Positions 42,079 to 56,500 of a DNA stretch of 64,000 bases are shown here, in pieces. Position 1 is the stretch's first letter, and each line of letters starts with the position of its first letter. This stretch comes from Antedon mediterranea. Lineage: Eukaryota; Animalia; Echinodermata. The DNA is taken from contig NC_092673.1 in assembly GCF_964355755.1 (NCBI RefSeq), positions 25,045,648 through 25,109,647 of the forward strand, given 5' to 3'. The notes under the pieces were generated by a model. The model worked only from the letters and a program-made list of their open reading frames with translations. It did not search any database and was not told the DNA's origin. The position numbers were made by a program, and so were the translations under genes.

Positions 42079-44508
42079 ACTGCAAGATGATAGGTTTTAC
42101 CTTTGATTCTTCTTTTTAATTTAAAACTACGGATATAAATAAAATGTGCATTGAGTAAAATTACCGATATAACATTAGAAAGAAGTCTTTTTGTCATACA
42201 AACTATTGACTAATAAATTTAAATACGAATATTATCACAAATCTTTTGTCATTGTTTTAACTCGTTCGTAGTTTAACCATGCCCCCATCACCTATTTTCC
42301 TAAGTTTTGTTGTCTGACCAGTTTTATCCTTATGCTCATGTTTACTATACAAACACGTATAAGAACATTCATTCACAAAACAGTAATGATCCAAGATAAA
42401 TGGAATGCTAATAAACAAATTAATTGTCATCAATTACCTAACCTCCGGAATATCTATAACGTTTTTTGATTCATTGAAATAAACCCAATGGTTGAACTTT
42501 TTTTTAAAGACAGAATAGAACAGACACCTGAATAAAGTCATAACAAAGTACATAAGATTTGAACTTGCCACAGTTAGGACACAGTTCAATGCATTGTCGA
42601 TCGAATTACGATACTGACTGACAAGTTTACGAACACATTTCTATCACATGTTTGGTAAACACAAAAGCATCGGGCCCAACATCGATCGTTTTCTCTACAC
42701 TCGACTATTATGCTTGAACGGAAGCATTTAAAGTATTTAATAAATCAACTGAAGCCAGGATATTTTTTTATGATTACTGTTGACAACTTGTATTTACTAG
42801 TAATAAATTTAAAATCATTTACGCATGCGTCATGCCGAAATCGGGAACAGAGATTATTCGACTGATTATTATTTTCAGAAAATATTTGGCAAATTATGCC
42901 ATAGTACAACTACACCCTGGACACCCACACCTCTAGGACAAATGCCCACATACTGTTCATCGTGGTAACCATGTTATTTTATCTATTACTGATATTACTT
43001 TGTTTTTCTTTTTTGTACGAAAGAAAATCTTAAGACCGACTAGAACAACCCCACGTGAAATCCAACAGCGCCGCCTGTTGTTTTTGCGACTATTTTGGCC
43101 ATAAACTATACTATTATATTCTAAATCGCACTCGATCGTCGACGGAACTAACATTTTTGGAGAACAAAATGCAGTAATTTAGACCAAAAACAAAAAAAGC
43201 ACTTACATTTTTATTAATTAATGGGAACAACTCTTCAAGACGTAGAATCGTTGGAAGAATTGTAATTTGCATCGCTGCCTTTCTAGCATAGGCAAACAAA
43301 GCTAGTTGTTGTCGTGGTTTTATGCAGGATCCTTGTTATCAGTTGTATTGCAAATATGATGTAATTGATGACTAAATAAATGTGGAATAAATGAAAATGA
43401 AATGAAATGGAAGAAATGTAATTGGCCAAGATCAGTTTCATTTTCCTGGCGTAATCTACATCGCTGCCTATCTAGCATAAGCAAACCAAGCTAGTTTTTT
43501 GTCGTAGTTTATGGCTCTAACCCAATGCTTATATGTATCATCATCACATATCTCTTGTATTTATTTTTAATAAAAGTGAAAACTTTTGAGGTAGATTTTA
43601 TTTTGCCATGCACAGAAATTTACGGCGACGGCTGTACGACGAGCGCGCGCGGCGATATTTTAAATCTCGCGATTGTTCTGAAATGGAATGTACATCCTTA
43701 ATTTATAAAATTATAAATAAAATATAATTTAAAAAAATTAATGAATTTATACTATCTGTTGGTCATGACCGATATCTGTTTATTTTGCTGCATTATTTCA
43801 AAGAATAATATTACTCCCTTAACTCTAATATGAAAGCAATACCAAAACGGTCTAATTAAAGATAAAAACGCTTTTTAATTTGTATTTATTTTCAAGGAAA
43901 GCAAGAATTAAAAAGATAAAATTGTTAAGAGAAAATTTTTGTTAATTGATAACGTATGTATAAACAAAAATATAAGTATAATTAATGTATAAGATTATAA
44001 AAGAAAGGAAATGTATTAATGATGACATGTATAAAAATTAATTAAAGATAAAAACGCATCTTAATTGTATTTATGAAAACATTTTTTAAAAAGAAAACAA
44101 AAATCTGTTAATTGATAACGCAGGTATAGGCCTAAAGAAAGGTATATAAGATTATAAAAGAAAGAAAATGCATTAACGTTATAAAAATTAACTAAAGATA
44201 AAAACGCATTTTAAGTTGTATTTATTTTCAAGCAAAAGTAAAAATTAAAAATATAAAAATGTTAAAAAGAAAAAAAAATTGTTAATTGATAATGTATGTA
44301 CAAAGAATACTTATACAAAGTATAATTAATATATAAGATTATAAAAGAAATGAAATGCATTGATGATGACCTAATGATGAAAATAATTATGGTGAATAAT
44401 GATAATAGGTATAGAAATAAATACAAAGATCATTAGTAATTCAAACAGATGATAACAAAAATGCAATTGTATAAATGTATATTACTGTTTTTATATGATG
44501 TTTGTATG

Positions 44509-47500
44509 TTTAACAAAAATATCGAAAGAAACACATGCGTGTTTGTTAATTTTTTGTATTATATGTGTTTGGTCATCCAATGGGTATATAAGGAGGTATT
44601 CTGTATATATGCATATATATTGAATGAAAAAACAAAAAAATATAAATAATTCTCTACATTTAATATCTCTAAATGTTAGAGGTATTAGAGAAAAGTATAA
44701 AAGGAAGAAGATATTCAATTGGTTAGATGACCAAAAGTTCGACATTGTTTTTCTACAAGAAACGCATCTTGATAAAAATGTTGTAAACTATAATAAGACG
44801 TTGTGGAAAGGCGCATCGTATCATAGTTTTGGAACGACGAAAAGTAGAGGCGTCTCAATATTTTTTAAATCAGGGTTTGATCCCAACGATATTGAGTGCA
44901 AATATAGTGATGATGAGGGTAGACTGATCATCCTTAGAGTAAAATATAATGATAAAATGTTTTACTTCTTTAACATATATGCACCCAACAATTACAAAGA
45001 AAGGTATCTCTTTTTTAATAAATTAGAAAGAAAGATTGATAACTTAAGTATTACCAATGACGAATTTATAATTATTGGAGGAGATATGAATTGTATCTTA
45101 GATAGAAAATTGGATCAGAACAATAGTGTAAATCTATATGACAGTTCACCGTCTGCTTTAAAAAAATGTATGACTAAACATAACTTAATCGATATATGGA
45201 GACATAAGAATAAAAATAAAACACAGTTTACATGGAGAAGGACAGATACATATAGAAGACTCGATTTTTGGTGCATATCGAGTTCCCTCAATAAAAATGG
45301 TGATGTTTTGTCTACAGACATTAGACCTTCGATATGCTCAGATCATCAGGCCATATCACTAAAAATATCCAATGATCAACATCAAGAAAAAAGAGGTCCA
45401 GGAGTATGGAAAATCAACAATAGTATCCTAAACGATAAAGAATACGTCCGAAAAATAAAAGGAATAATTGAAAATACAAAAAAAAATGAAAACAATCTGA
45501 GACCAGACGTGCTCTGGGAATTACTTAAAGTAAAAATAAAAGAATGTTCTGTAAAATTTTGTAAAAAAAAGAAAATGGAAAGAAATTTGGATAAAGTAAG
45601 CTTAATAAAAGAAGTCAACGAGCTTACACAAAAGCTTAATCAAGTATACGATGAAAGAATCGAAAAACAATTAATTACAAAAAGGGATAACTTAGAGAGC
45701 ATATATTTAGTTGAAGCAAAAGGTGCAATTGTCAGATCCAGAATTGATTGGTTTGAAAAAGAAGAAAAAAATAATAAATTCTTCTTAGGGTTAGAAAAGA
45801 ATAATGCTAAAAGAAAACACATTAAATCTGTTTTAAAAAGTAATGGAAAATATACATCTAACAATGATGAAATTCTGAAAGAAGAAGTTCTATTTTATAA
45901 AAACATATACTCTAATAAAGAAATACCTCTAAACGATATGAACAAATATCTAAAGCACACAAAATTAAAAACGTTGTTAGAGGAAGATGTAATAAAATGT
46001 GAAGGTCTTGTAACAGTCGAAGAATGCACAAAAACGATTTTTAAAATGAAAATAAATAAGAGTCCTGGTATTGATGGATTAAGTGTAGAATTTTATCGTA
46101 CATTTTGGGAGAATGTAAAATATTTATTGTGTGATTCATTGAATTATAGCTTAGTTAAAGGCATGTTATCAACAACACAAAGGAGAGGTATTATTAATCT
46201 TTTATACAAAAATGGACAGAGGGAAAACCTAAACAATTGGAGACCAATAACACTACTTAATGTGGATTATAAAATATTGGCTCACATTCTAGCTAATAGG
46301 TTACACAACGTTATAGGTTCCATTATAAATGAAGATCAAAAAGGTTATATTAAGAAAAGGTTTGGAGGAGAAAATGTAAGACTGGTAAACGACATACTAG
46401 ACTACACAAAAGCAAAAAGTATGACAGGTGCTATTGTTTTTCTTGATTATGCGAAAGCTTTCGACTCAATAGACAGAATACTGCTGTTTAAGGTTTTAAA
46501 ACTCTTTGGTTTTGGAAATTCATTTATCAAATGGATAAAGGTTATGTATAAAGAAACAGAATGTGTCATAGTAAACAACGGATGGTTGTCAGAAAAGTTT
46601 AAAATGGAGTGTGGTGTGAGACAAGGCTGCCCATTATCTGCTTTGCTATTTATTCTGGTATCAGAAATAATGGCAGTAAATATCAGAAATAATTCTAAAT
46701 GTATAGGAATTACGTTACCTAATAGCAATGACGATGATGATAATATCGTTAAAATTGCTCAATTAGCGGATGACACCGTAATTTTTTCACATGACGAAGG
46801 TAGTTTAAAATATTTCTTTAATGAGATTGAGTCTTTTTGTAGTGTTTCAGGGTTAACATTAAATAGAAAAAAGACAAATGGTATGTGGATTGGTGTAAAC
46901 GAAAATAGTGTTTCAAAACCATTAGATATTACATGGACTAGTGAACCTGTTAAATTTTTAGGAATCCATATAGGTTACAATAAGCATTTATGTGAAAAGA
47001 GAAACTGGGACAAAAAAATTACCAACCTAGAAAACGTATTAAATTTATGGAAAAGAAGGAATCTTACCTTTTTTGGTAAAATAACTATTATTAAAACACT
47101 TGCATTGTCTAAGTTTATATATAACGCAAGTATAATTGATGTTCCCAAAGATATAGTTAAACAAATAGAAAAATTATTATATACGTTCCTATGGGGAACC
47201 AGAAGGGAAAAGATAAAGAGAATAACCTTAATTAAAAATATTAAGGAAGGTGGTTTAAACATGCCAGATATTAGCTCTGTGGTTGAATCACTTAAACTGA
47301 ATTGGGTCAAGCGACTGTTAAGTCCAGATCCAGGTAAATGGAAATGCATACCAAAATATTTCCTTCACCCAATTGAATATACAATAAAAAGTACTAAACT
47401 TAATGTACATGATCATGCTAACTTGAGAGATATGCCTACATTCTACAAGAACATGATTAATGCTGTTGTAAAATTTAATAATATTGTGTATTCAGAACCA

Positions 47501-49098
47501 ACAACTTTAATAGAAATAAAAAATCAACAACTATGGGAAAATAAGTTTATACTATCTAACAATAAATCATTGTACTTCAAATCATGGTTATATTCTGATT
47601 ATAAAATAATTGGTGACATATTTATAAATGATAGAGTATGTACCGCAGGTGAAATAATCTCAAATTTGTATAAAAAACATAATGGTTTAATTGAATATTT
47701 ACAGCTTATGAATGCCATACCAAATGGGTGGAAAGAAATTATTAGAAAAGACAATACAAATAATCAAGATGTAGGTAATAATGACTCATTGTTGCATAAG
47801 AACATTAAAGGATCTATCTACTATAAATATTTTATAAACAAACGTTCCACTGAACCAGGTTCACAAAGAAAATGGGAATGTGAGCTAAATAACGTAGAAA
47901 TAGATTGGAATAAAGTATGGTATTATAAGGTATACAAGATGAAACATATAGTTAAAGTTGCTCAATTCAACTTTAAACTCTTACATCGAATATTACCGTG
48001 TAAAAAAAGATTAAAATTATGGAATTTGGCAGAAAATAATTTATGTGACAATTGTATAAATCAGATAGAAAGTGAACAGCACATGCTGTTTGAATGCAAT
48101 GCCATTCAATGGACATGGCACAAATTTAAAGGTGTGCTGGCTAATTGCTTTCCAGCTGAAGATAATATTACATGGTTTAAAATTGTTACAGGAACAAAAA
48201 ACAATATTGTAAATGAATTGATTTCTATGTTTTTATTCTGTATATACAAGGTACACATAATATCCAATGGTGGAAGAAAAGATAAAGATGATAAAAAAAA
48301 GATCTGGATTCTTTTCACTGCTGAAGTTAAAAATCTAATAGAAAATGAACATATGTGTAACTTCATTAAGGCACAACGTAAATGGGGTGCAAAAAAGGAA
48401 ACTCTGTTACAATTGATAGCATGAATATAATCTGTATGAAGTGTTTTTTTTTCATGTTTTCTAAAATGCAATATGTTTTGTTTATTTCCCAATTACAAAT
48501 TGTATACAGAAGTAGAAGTAGTATTATAATAAGATGTCATCGGGTATGAAGCGTCTCACATACACACAGAGCCAAAATGGCATCTTGGACTTGCACGGTG
48601 TATGGACTCTAACCTTACGGTTTTCATTTAAATATTTCATTCCACTCTATCATCCTTATCTAGTTTTCAAACTTTTGCATTCCTCTTTTTTCATCTCATC
48701 CTTTTTGTCTTGGTGAAAAGGGAGGATATTTTATATTTCTCCTCTGAGTTTATAGCCTCTCTACCAGAACATGAACAAGATTTTATAAGTACGTTTTTAA
48801 TGACAGTTCATAGACTTTTATTACCATCTTTTATCTTTATATTTTAATTAACATCTTTTTAAAATTGTAAATGAAAGCATGGTTATTATATTGAAATTAA
48901 TCATCTTTTTATGTAAATATGCCTACTTTTTAACTACTTGTTAACTTGTAACAATCTTAGTAATATACAACAGAAATAGAAATATTCATACAAATAATTA
49001 ATTGCTACAATGTACCTTTATTTTATATATAATATATATACATATAAATCTGAGAATTATAATAAAAGTGGGAAGACCCCACACAAGACAAAAAAAAA
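44509..49098 (+). mobile_element. 5'-truncated L1/Tx1-type LINE (ORF2 + 3' UTR + polyA)
   Basis: TSD ATGATGTTTGTATG at 44495-44508 and 49099-49112; empty site at ~27129; polyA after AATAAAAGTGGGAAGACCCCAC. Confidence 0.9.
44624..48424 (+). CDS. LINE ORF2: APE endonuclease + reverse transcriptase + Cys/His knuckle (L1/Tx1 group)
   Basis: SLNVRG, FLQETH, GGDMN, RLD, SDH (APE); KSPGIDG, WRPITLLNVDYKI, LDYAKAFD, GVRQGCPLS, LADD (RT); CDNC..EQHMLFEC; 1266 aa uninterrupted. Confidence 0.96.
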   Translation: MKKQKNINNSLHLISLNVRGIREKYKRKKIFNWLDDQKFDIVFLQETHLDKNVVNYNKTLWKGASYHSFGTTKSRGVSIFFKSGFDPNDIECKYSDDEGRLIILRVKYNDKMFYFFNIYAPNNYKERYLFFNKLERKIDNLSITNDEFIIIGGDMNCILDRKLDQNNSVNLYDSSPSALKKCMTKHNLIDIWRHKNKNKTQFTWRRTDTYRRLDFWCISSSLNKNGDVLSTDIRPSICSDHQAISLKISNDQHQEKRGPGVWKINNSILNDKEYVRKIKGIIENTKKNENNLRPDVLWELLKVKIKECSVKFCKKKKMERNLDKVSLIKEVNELTQKLNQVYDERIEKQLITKRDNLESIYLVEAKGAIVRSRIDWFEKEEKNNKFFLGLEKNNAKRKHIKSVLKSNGKYTSNNDEILKEEVLFYKNIYSNKEIPLNDMNKYLKHTKLKTLLEEDVIKCEGLVTVEECTKTIFKMKINKSPGIDGLSVEFYRTFWENVKYLLCDSLNYSLVKGMLSTTQRRGIINLLYKNGQRENLNNWRPITLLNVDYKILAHILANRLHNVIGSIINEDQKGYIKKRFGGENVRLVNDILDYTKAKSMTGAIVFLDYAKAFDSIDRILLFKVLKLFGFGNSFIKWIKVMYKETECVIVNNGWLSEKFKMECGVRQGCPLSALLFILVSEIMAVNIRNNSKCIGITLPNSNDDDDNIVKIAQLADDTVIFSHDEGSLKYFFNEIESFCSVSGLTLNRKKTNGMWIGVNENSVSKPLDITWTSEPVKFLGIHIGYNKHLCEKRNWDKKITNLENVLNLWKRRNLTFFGKITIIKTLALSKFIYNASIIDVPKDIVKQIEKLLYTFLWGTRREKIKRITLIKNIKEGGLNMPDISSVVESLKLNWVKRLLSPDPGKWKCIPKYFLHPIEYTIKSTKLNVHDHANLRDMPTFYKNMINAVVKFNNIVYSEPTTLIEIKNQQLWENKFILSNNKSLYFKSWLYSDYKIIGDIFINDRVCTAGEIISNLYKKHNGLIEYLQLMNAIPNGWKEIIRKDNTNNQDVGNNDSLLHKNIKGSIYYKYFINKRSTEPGSQRKWECELNNVEIDWNKVWYYKVYKMKHIVKVAQFNFKLLHRILPCKKRLKLWNLAENNLCDNCINQIESEQHMLFECNAIQWTWHKFKGVLANCFPAEDNITWFKIVTGTKNNIVNELISMFLFCIYKVHIISNGGRKDKDDKKKIWILFTAEVKNLIENEHMCNFIKAQRKWGAKKETLLQLIA

Positions 49099-49150
49099 AT
49101 GATGTTTGTATGAAATAAAAGTGGGATGCTCCCACATAAAGAAAAAAAAA

Positions 49151-49825
49151 TGTACATCCTTAATACGTTGTTAAAATATGGTTCTCGGTCCAGTTGTCCT
49201 TTAACATGATTTCGTTACATGATGATGACATGAATTAGAAGATGGTGTAATATATAAGCATGTAAATGAAATGGTATGTACATCCCTAATACGTTGTTAA
49301 AATGTGGTTCTCGGTCAAGTTTTTTTTCAACATTATTTCGTTAAATATATCCCAGAAATGATGACATGAATTAGGAGATGGTGTAATATATAAGCATGTA
49401 AATAAAATGGTATGTACATCACTAATACGTTGTTAAAATGTGGTTCTCGGTCAAGTTTTCCTTCAACATTATTTCGTTAAATATATCCCAGAAATGATGA
49501 CATGAATTAGGAGATGGTGTAATATATAAGCATGTAAATAAAATGGTATGTACATCACTAATACGTTGTTAAAATGTGGTTCTCGGTCAAGTTTTCCTTC
49601 AACATTATTTCGTTAAATATATCCCAGAAATGATGACATGAATTAGGAGATGGTGTAATATATAAGCATGTAAATGAACTGGTATGTAGGCCTACATCCC
49701 TAATACGTTGTTAAAATTTGGTTCTCGGTCAAGTTTTCCTTCAACATTATTTGGGTTAAATATATCCCAGAAATGATGACATGAATTAGGAGATGGTGTA
49801 ATATATAAGCATGTAAATGAAATGT
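49151..49825. repeat. 136-bp minisatellite, ~5 copies (duplicate of 34416-35020, first unit uninterrupted)
   Basis: TGTACATCCCTAATACGTTGTTAAAATGTGGTTCTCGGTCAAG... repeated. Confidence 0.9.
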
Positions 49826-52070
49826 TGTGTCAACGGTTTTTACAGGCTAGTTCGTGACTGAATGGAGACTCCACTGATAACATTTAGCTTTATTTGTATA
49901 TATAGAAAGTGTTTTAAAATAAACACCGTTATAGCGGTGTTAAATTATATAATGACCTTCCTCCTGAAATCATTGCAACCCCCTCCAGGAAAATTTTATC
50001 TCATAAAGCCAAACAATTTCTTTTGTCAAAATACGATTTATAAAATGTATTTATACCATCCTCAGCTTTTTTTTTATCACATGATCGTATGGTCTTTTTT
50101 TGCTTTTTACTTGCCCTGTCCTGTCTGTGTGTTTGTGTACGTTAATGCATTTGTAACTTTTCTTTATATCATTCATTTAGGGCTAGCTTGCCACAAAGTC
50201 TTATGATTAATATAATTTCTGTTTTTCATCTGCCGTTACTTTTTGAGTTTTGCCTTCTTCCTTCATTTTACAATTTATATTGCTGTTTATTTGTTATTTT
50301 ATTGTGGAAGAAATAAATGTTAAATTGATTTGCTTTGATTTGATTTGAAATTCAACATACTTTGAATTTTTGACACGTGTCTTCATCAGAAGAATCCAAG
50401 GAGTGAATCTCCTATGATGCTTCTGATGAAGACACGTGACATCGAAAGTTTGTTTAAAAACACTTTTTTATTCCAGTACGTATGATCTGATCGTACGAAT
50501 ATATATATAGCATTGTTTTCAGTCAAACCTAACAACCTGTTTATTAATTCATGATGCTCACATACCGCCCTCTAATAATAGCCAAAAAAGATACGTCTAC
50601 CCTAACGTCTGTCGCTTGCACCAGCATTCTTCCAACCACTGGCCACTCTCTGATATACATATCATTGATACCTGTCGGACTTGAATATACATATCACTGA
50701 TACTTTTTTTTATATTATTATTTCATTTCCAAAAATCACTGATACCTGTCGGACATTATATACATATACATGCAACCTATTTTAATATACATACTTTTCT
50801 TTTTCCTTTTTAATACAACAATATTAAAAATTATACAAGAATATCACATGATCCAGATAATCGCCTGTATTACTTCGCAGATGATATTCATTTAACACAA
50901 AAGGAGACTGTACAACGAAACATTTATATGAAAGAATCTTCCAGGCATTATCTGTTAATGCTTGGATCCCATCAGAGACGCAACACAAGGACGTAGCGCA
51001 ACGTAAGTGATGGATGGATTATTCGCTTGTTGCTTTTCATTAGGCAACTCGCTTGCGTTGCGTCTATGCCATCGCGTTGCGTCTCAAGTAAACCAACCTT
51101 AATTCCGATAGGAAACAGTTTTCCCATATTGCATTGCATTCCAAATGATGTAGTTGAAGTTTTATTTTTATTGATTTTAAAAATCTTTCTATATCAACAC
51201 TAATTTTCCGGCCACACATGTAACTTTTAGAAGCCGCCACTTCAATTTGAATTAAAATCATTCGGTATCCATTAGGTGGTACAGTGTACTTCGTTATAAC
51301 GTACGTACTTTACACAATCGTAATTATTTAACTTTTATGTTAAAAGAAGTGTTCACATCCTATCCACACACTTTAGTCACAATGTAAATAATAAATGAAA
51401 TTTAAAAAAAAATGTCACTCAATAACAAAAGTTTATGCAAACATTTTTAAAGGTTTTACGGTTTTTATGAATACGATAGGCCTACGGAAACAGTTTATAA
51501 GCAAACATAAATGTCTTATATGAAAAACACAATAAACATGACCAATGTACAGACAAAAATGTTAAAACTGAATATGATGTCCCACAAGTCCATGATACTG
51601 ATTATCTCCCATCTAACTTATGGGGCACCGTAAATCAACATAATAATAATATCCTGGATTTATATAGTGCCTAATGTTTGAAACCTCTAAGCGCTGAACC
51701 CCAGTCATTTTTTTTGGATAAAACACGTATGGAAACATACTCCCATAATACAGCTAGTAATCAGCGCAAAGCAAAGCGAGTTGGATTCGAACCTCGATCT
51801 GACGATCAGTAGCCCAACGTCCAACATTTGTTAGGTTATTTGTTGTTGTTTTTAATCGTATCTATCATTATTATTTTGCATAAATTAATAGAGAAACAAT
51901 TTAATTTCTTCTCTGTGTATAAAGATCATTATAGTAGTAAACCATTGACTACCGACAGATGTCGATAACGCAATACTATAAGGGCATACTCTTAAATAGA
52001 ATTATGTACAATCTATTGTTTTAATATTTCTATTCATACACCGATAACGAATTATAATTATACTGTACAC

Positions 52071-52254
52071 CATATGGGTGTCCATTTAAGAAGAAAACAC
52101 TTTAGATGATGATACTTTATTAAGAAGATGACCACCAGTATAAACAAAAATCGAATTATTCGAATGCTATATAAACGGCGAAAACATTGAGATAACTACA
52201 TTAGCTTTGGGCTATATCAATATCATTAAAAAAAGCAGAGCAACAGAAATCAAG
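52071..52254 (+). promoter_or_regulatory. Gene E promoter and non-coding exon 1
   Basis: CATATG 52071, TATATAAA 52168-52175, AAG|GTAAGA at 52255; intron to TTTCAG 53593. Confidence 0.75.
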
Positions 52255-53597
52255 GTAAGAATAACGACTTTTGCATAACTCTTTCGATAATTCTATTTAA
52301 TTGAATATTATCTAAGTTTGAGAGAATGTTTGTAGAGTAAACATCGACTAGGACTTTTGCCTTTCCAGCGAGAAACGTCGATTTGACTTCGTTCGCTGCG
52401 TAACAAGATATTGTATAATCACCTAAACTTTAATCTGTTGATTTCGTATCACATGCGGCTAACTATTAGTTCTGCATGTTAAAAGTTATATTTACCTTCG
52501 CTTAGGAGTTTATGTTCAATGGTTCATTACAGGCAGCTTTTTATAGAAATGTTTAGATTCTTGTGATACTTGAGGCTGGTGACTTTTGCGCGTTAAAGAC
52601 AACTTGTAGTGCCGTTTATAACTATTTCTAATCCCTAGACAAAATTGGAGAGATACACTTTTGAATGTCCTAGACTTCGACATTGATTAAAGATTGAAAA
52701 TATATCTAATTGAATAACAGTTTACTTTCGACCATCTGGTGTTAAAAAACAAATAATGTTTCGAATTCGTTGAAATCCGTTTGTTCGTACTTTTATTTTT
52801 GATATGTCCATGATATGGATATTCGTAATGCAACGCAACTTGTATTGTCTTTTAAATTGTGATTTTATTGTCATTTTCTCTCCTTTTTAAAAAGTTGAAT
52901 CAATTGAATTATTACAATTACCATAATAGTTTTTTTAGAATCGAGCATCTGAATAACTAAAAAAAGTATTTTCTAAACCTTAATTCATTATGAATATTTT
53001 AACACAATGATAAGCAACTTCGTGAATGAATTTCTTTAGCAAATTCTCGAAACTAATAAAGAACAAGGCCATATACATGGCTGCAGTCGCGTGCTCAAAT
53101 TAAAGTTAGTGTTTACCAACCAAACGACTGACCGACCGACCAACCAACCGACAGACCGACATAGTGAGCTGTAGATTCGCGTTGCATTGCGCACGCCTCC
53201 TTCAAAGGTGTACAAAATAGAAGGCCTTAAATTATGAGGACAATGAAGTTAATAAGATTTATAGAGTCGTGTTATCATTCTATATTTTAACACGCCTAAA
53301 TAGATTATTTTCATTTGATTGGACGGTTGTGGGTCACATGAAAAGACAAGTGATGTAGCACACTCGTGTAAATCATTATGTAAATCGATTAGGCCTACTA
53401 CAACTTTGTTAATTGTTGTTACACAGTGAGTGTGGGGGTCAGTGAGTGAGCATACACACGCGCGACAAGAGGGTGCTTGTCATAATATATTTTTCATATT
53501 TTCTTCATTCCACTCAAAAACAATCATTACAATATACGTTACAATTCGGTCCAATCTGTTCCCTAAAATGGTATATTTATATATTTCTTTCAGAACT

Positions 53598-56500
53598 ATG
53601 TTTTGGCTTCGGCTTGCCCTGACAGCTATTTTAGTTGTGTCGGCCTTAAGCCGCGAAACAGTGGAAAATGACAGAGAGAGAGTTAAAGAGAACGTTAACT
53701 CGGTTTCCCATCCTGAAAATTATTTGGAGAGTAAATCCGACAATCAACATGTTATCAGATTGAGTGAAAAACAACGACCAATGGTAGTTTCCTTTTCTCA
53801 GAACATAATTAAATCTGTCCTCCACCGCAATCGATTTAGAGTACGACATCGTCGAAGTACATACTATGGTCTCAGCTTAAGTGAAAAAGAACAAAGAGTG
53901 GCAGATTCCCTTACTCAGAACATAATTAAATCGGAAGGAGCTGACAAAGTATTAGCTTGTTGTAGACGTCACAGATACCACCTCCACTACTACCATCACC
54001 ATATCCACCACCACCACTACCACATCCACCATCACCACGTTCACCACCACCACTACCACATCCACCGCCACCACCACATTCACCACCACCACTACCACTA
54101 CCACCACTATCGTGTCCACCACCGCCATCGATTTAGAAGACGACGTCGTCGAAGTACATACTGTGGTCTCAGCTTAAGTGAAAAAAAACGAAGACTGGCA
54201 GATTCCCTTCCTCAGAACATAATTAAATCTGAAGGAGCTGACAAAGTATTAGCTTGTTGTAGACGTCACAGATACTACCACCACCATCACCACCATATCT
54301 ACCACCACCACCACTATCACATTCACCACCACCACTACCACATCCACCATCACCACCACCACTATCACATCCACCACCACCACTATCATATTCACCACCA
54401 CCACTACCACCACCACCACTATCATGTCCACCACCGCCGTCGATTTAGTAGATGGCGTCGTCGAAGTACATACTATGGTCTCAGCTTAAGTGAAAAAGAC
54501 CAAAGACTGGCAGATTCCAAAACAATTAAATCTGAAGGAGCTGACAAAGTATTAGCTTGTTGTAGACGTCACAGAGTGCATTGCAGACGATACCACCACC
54601 GCCATCATTATCACCACCACCACCACCACTATTACATTCACCACCACCACTACTACATCCATCACCACATTTACCACCACTATCACATTCACCACCACTA
54701 CCACCACCGCTATCATGTCTTCCACCGCCATCGATTTAGTAGACGGCGTCGTCGAAGTACATATTATGGTCTCAGCTTAGGTGAAAAAGAACAAAGACTG
54801 GCAGATTCACTTCCTCAGAACATAATTAAATCTGAAAGGGCTGACAAAGTATTAGCTTGTTGTAGACGTCACAGATACCACCACCACCACTACCATCACC
54901 ATATCCACCACCACCACCACCACTATCACATTCACCACCACCATCACAACTACAAAATCCACTATCACCACATTCACAACCACTACTACCACATCCACCA
55001 CCACCACAATCACATTCACCACCACTACCACCACCACTATCATGTCCACCGCCATCGATTTAGAAGACGACGTCGTCGAAGTACATACTGTGGTCTCAGC
55101 TTAAGTGAAAAAGAACAAAGACTGGCATATTCCCTTCCTCAGAACATAATTAAATCTGAAGGAGCTGACAAAGTATTAGCTTGTTGTAGACGTCACAGAT
55201 ACCACCACCACCACTACCATCACCATATCCACCACCACCACCACCACTATCACATTCACCACCACCACTACCACATCCACCATCACCACCACCACCAACA
55301 CCACCACCACTATCACATCCACCACCATCACTATCACATTCACCACCACTACCACCACCGCTATCATGTCCTCCACCGCCATCGATTTAGTAGACGGCGT
55401 CGTCGAAGTACATATTATGGTCTCAGCTTAGGTGAAAAAGAACAAAGACTGGCAGACTCTCTTCCCCAGAACATAATTAAATCTGAAGGGGCTGACAAAG
55501 TATTAGCTTGTTGTAGACGTCACAGAAACCACCACTACCACTACCATCACCATATCCACCACCACCACCACCACCACCATCACCACTATCACATTCACCA
55601 CCACCACCACCACAACTACCACATCCACTATCACCACATTCACAACCACCACTACCACATCCACCACCACCACTATTACATTCACCACCACTATCATGAT
55701 CACCGCCATCGATTTAGAAGACGACGTCGTCGAAGTACATACTGTGGTCTCAGCTTAAGTGAAAAAGAACAAAGACTGGCATATTCCCTTCCTCAGAACA
55801 TAATTAAATCTGAAGGAGCTGACAAAGTATTAGCTTGTTGTAGACGTCACAGATACCACCACCACCACTACCATCACCATATCCACCACCACCACCACCA
55901 CTATCACATTCACCACCACCACTACCACATCCACCATCACCACCACCACCACCACCACTATCACATCCACCACCATCACTATCACATTCACCACCACTAC
56001 CACCACCGCTATCATGTCCTCCACCGCCATCGATTTAGTAGACGGCGTCGTCGAAGTACATATTGTGGTCTCAGCTTCGGTGAAAAAGAACAAAGACTGG
56101 CAGATTCCCTTCCCCAGAACATAATTAAATCTGAAGGGGCTGACAAAGTATTAGCTTGTTGTAGACGTCACAGAAACCACCACCACCACTACCATCACCA
56201 TATCCACCACCACCACCACCACCACCACCATCACCACTATCACATTTACCACCACCACCACAACTACCACATCCACTATCACCACATTCACAACCACCAC
56301 TACCACATCCACCACCACCACTATTACATTCACCACCACTATCATGATCACCGCCATCGATTTAGAAGACGACGTCGTCGAAGTACATACTGTGGTCTCA
56401 GCTTAAATGAAAAAGAACAAAGACTGGCATATTCCCTTCCTCAGAACATAATTAAATCTGAAGGAGCTGACAAAGTTTTAGCTTGTTGTAGACGTCACAG

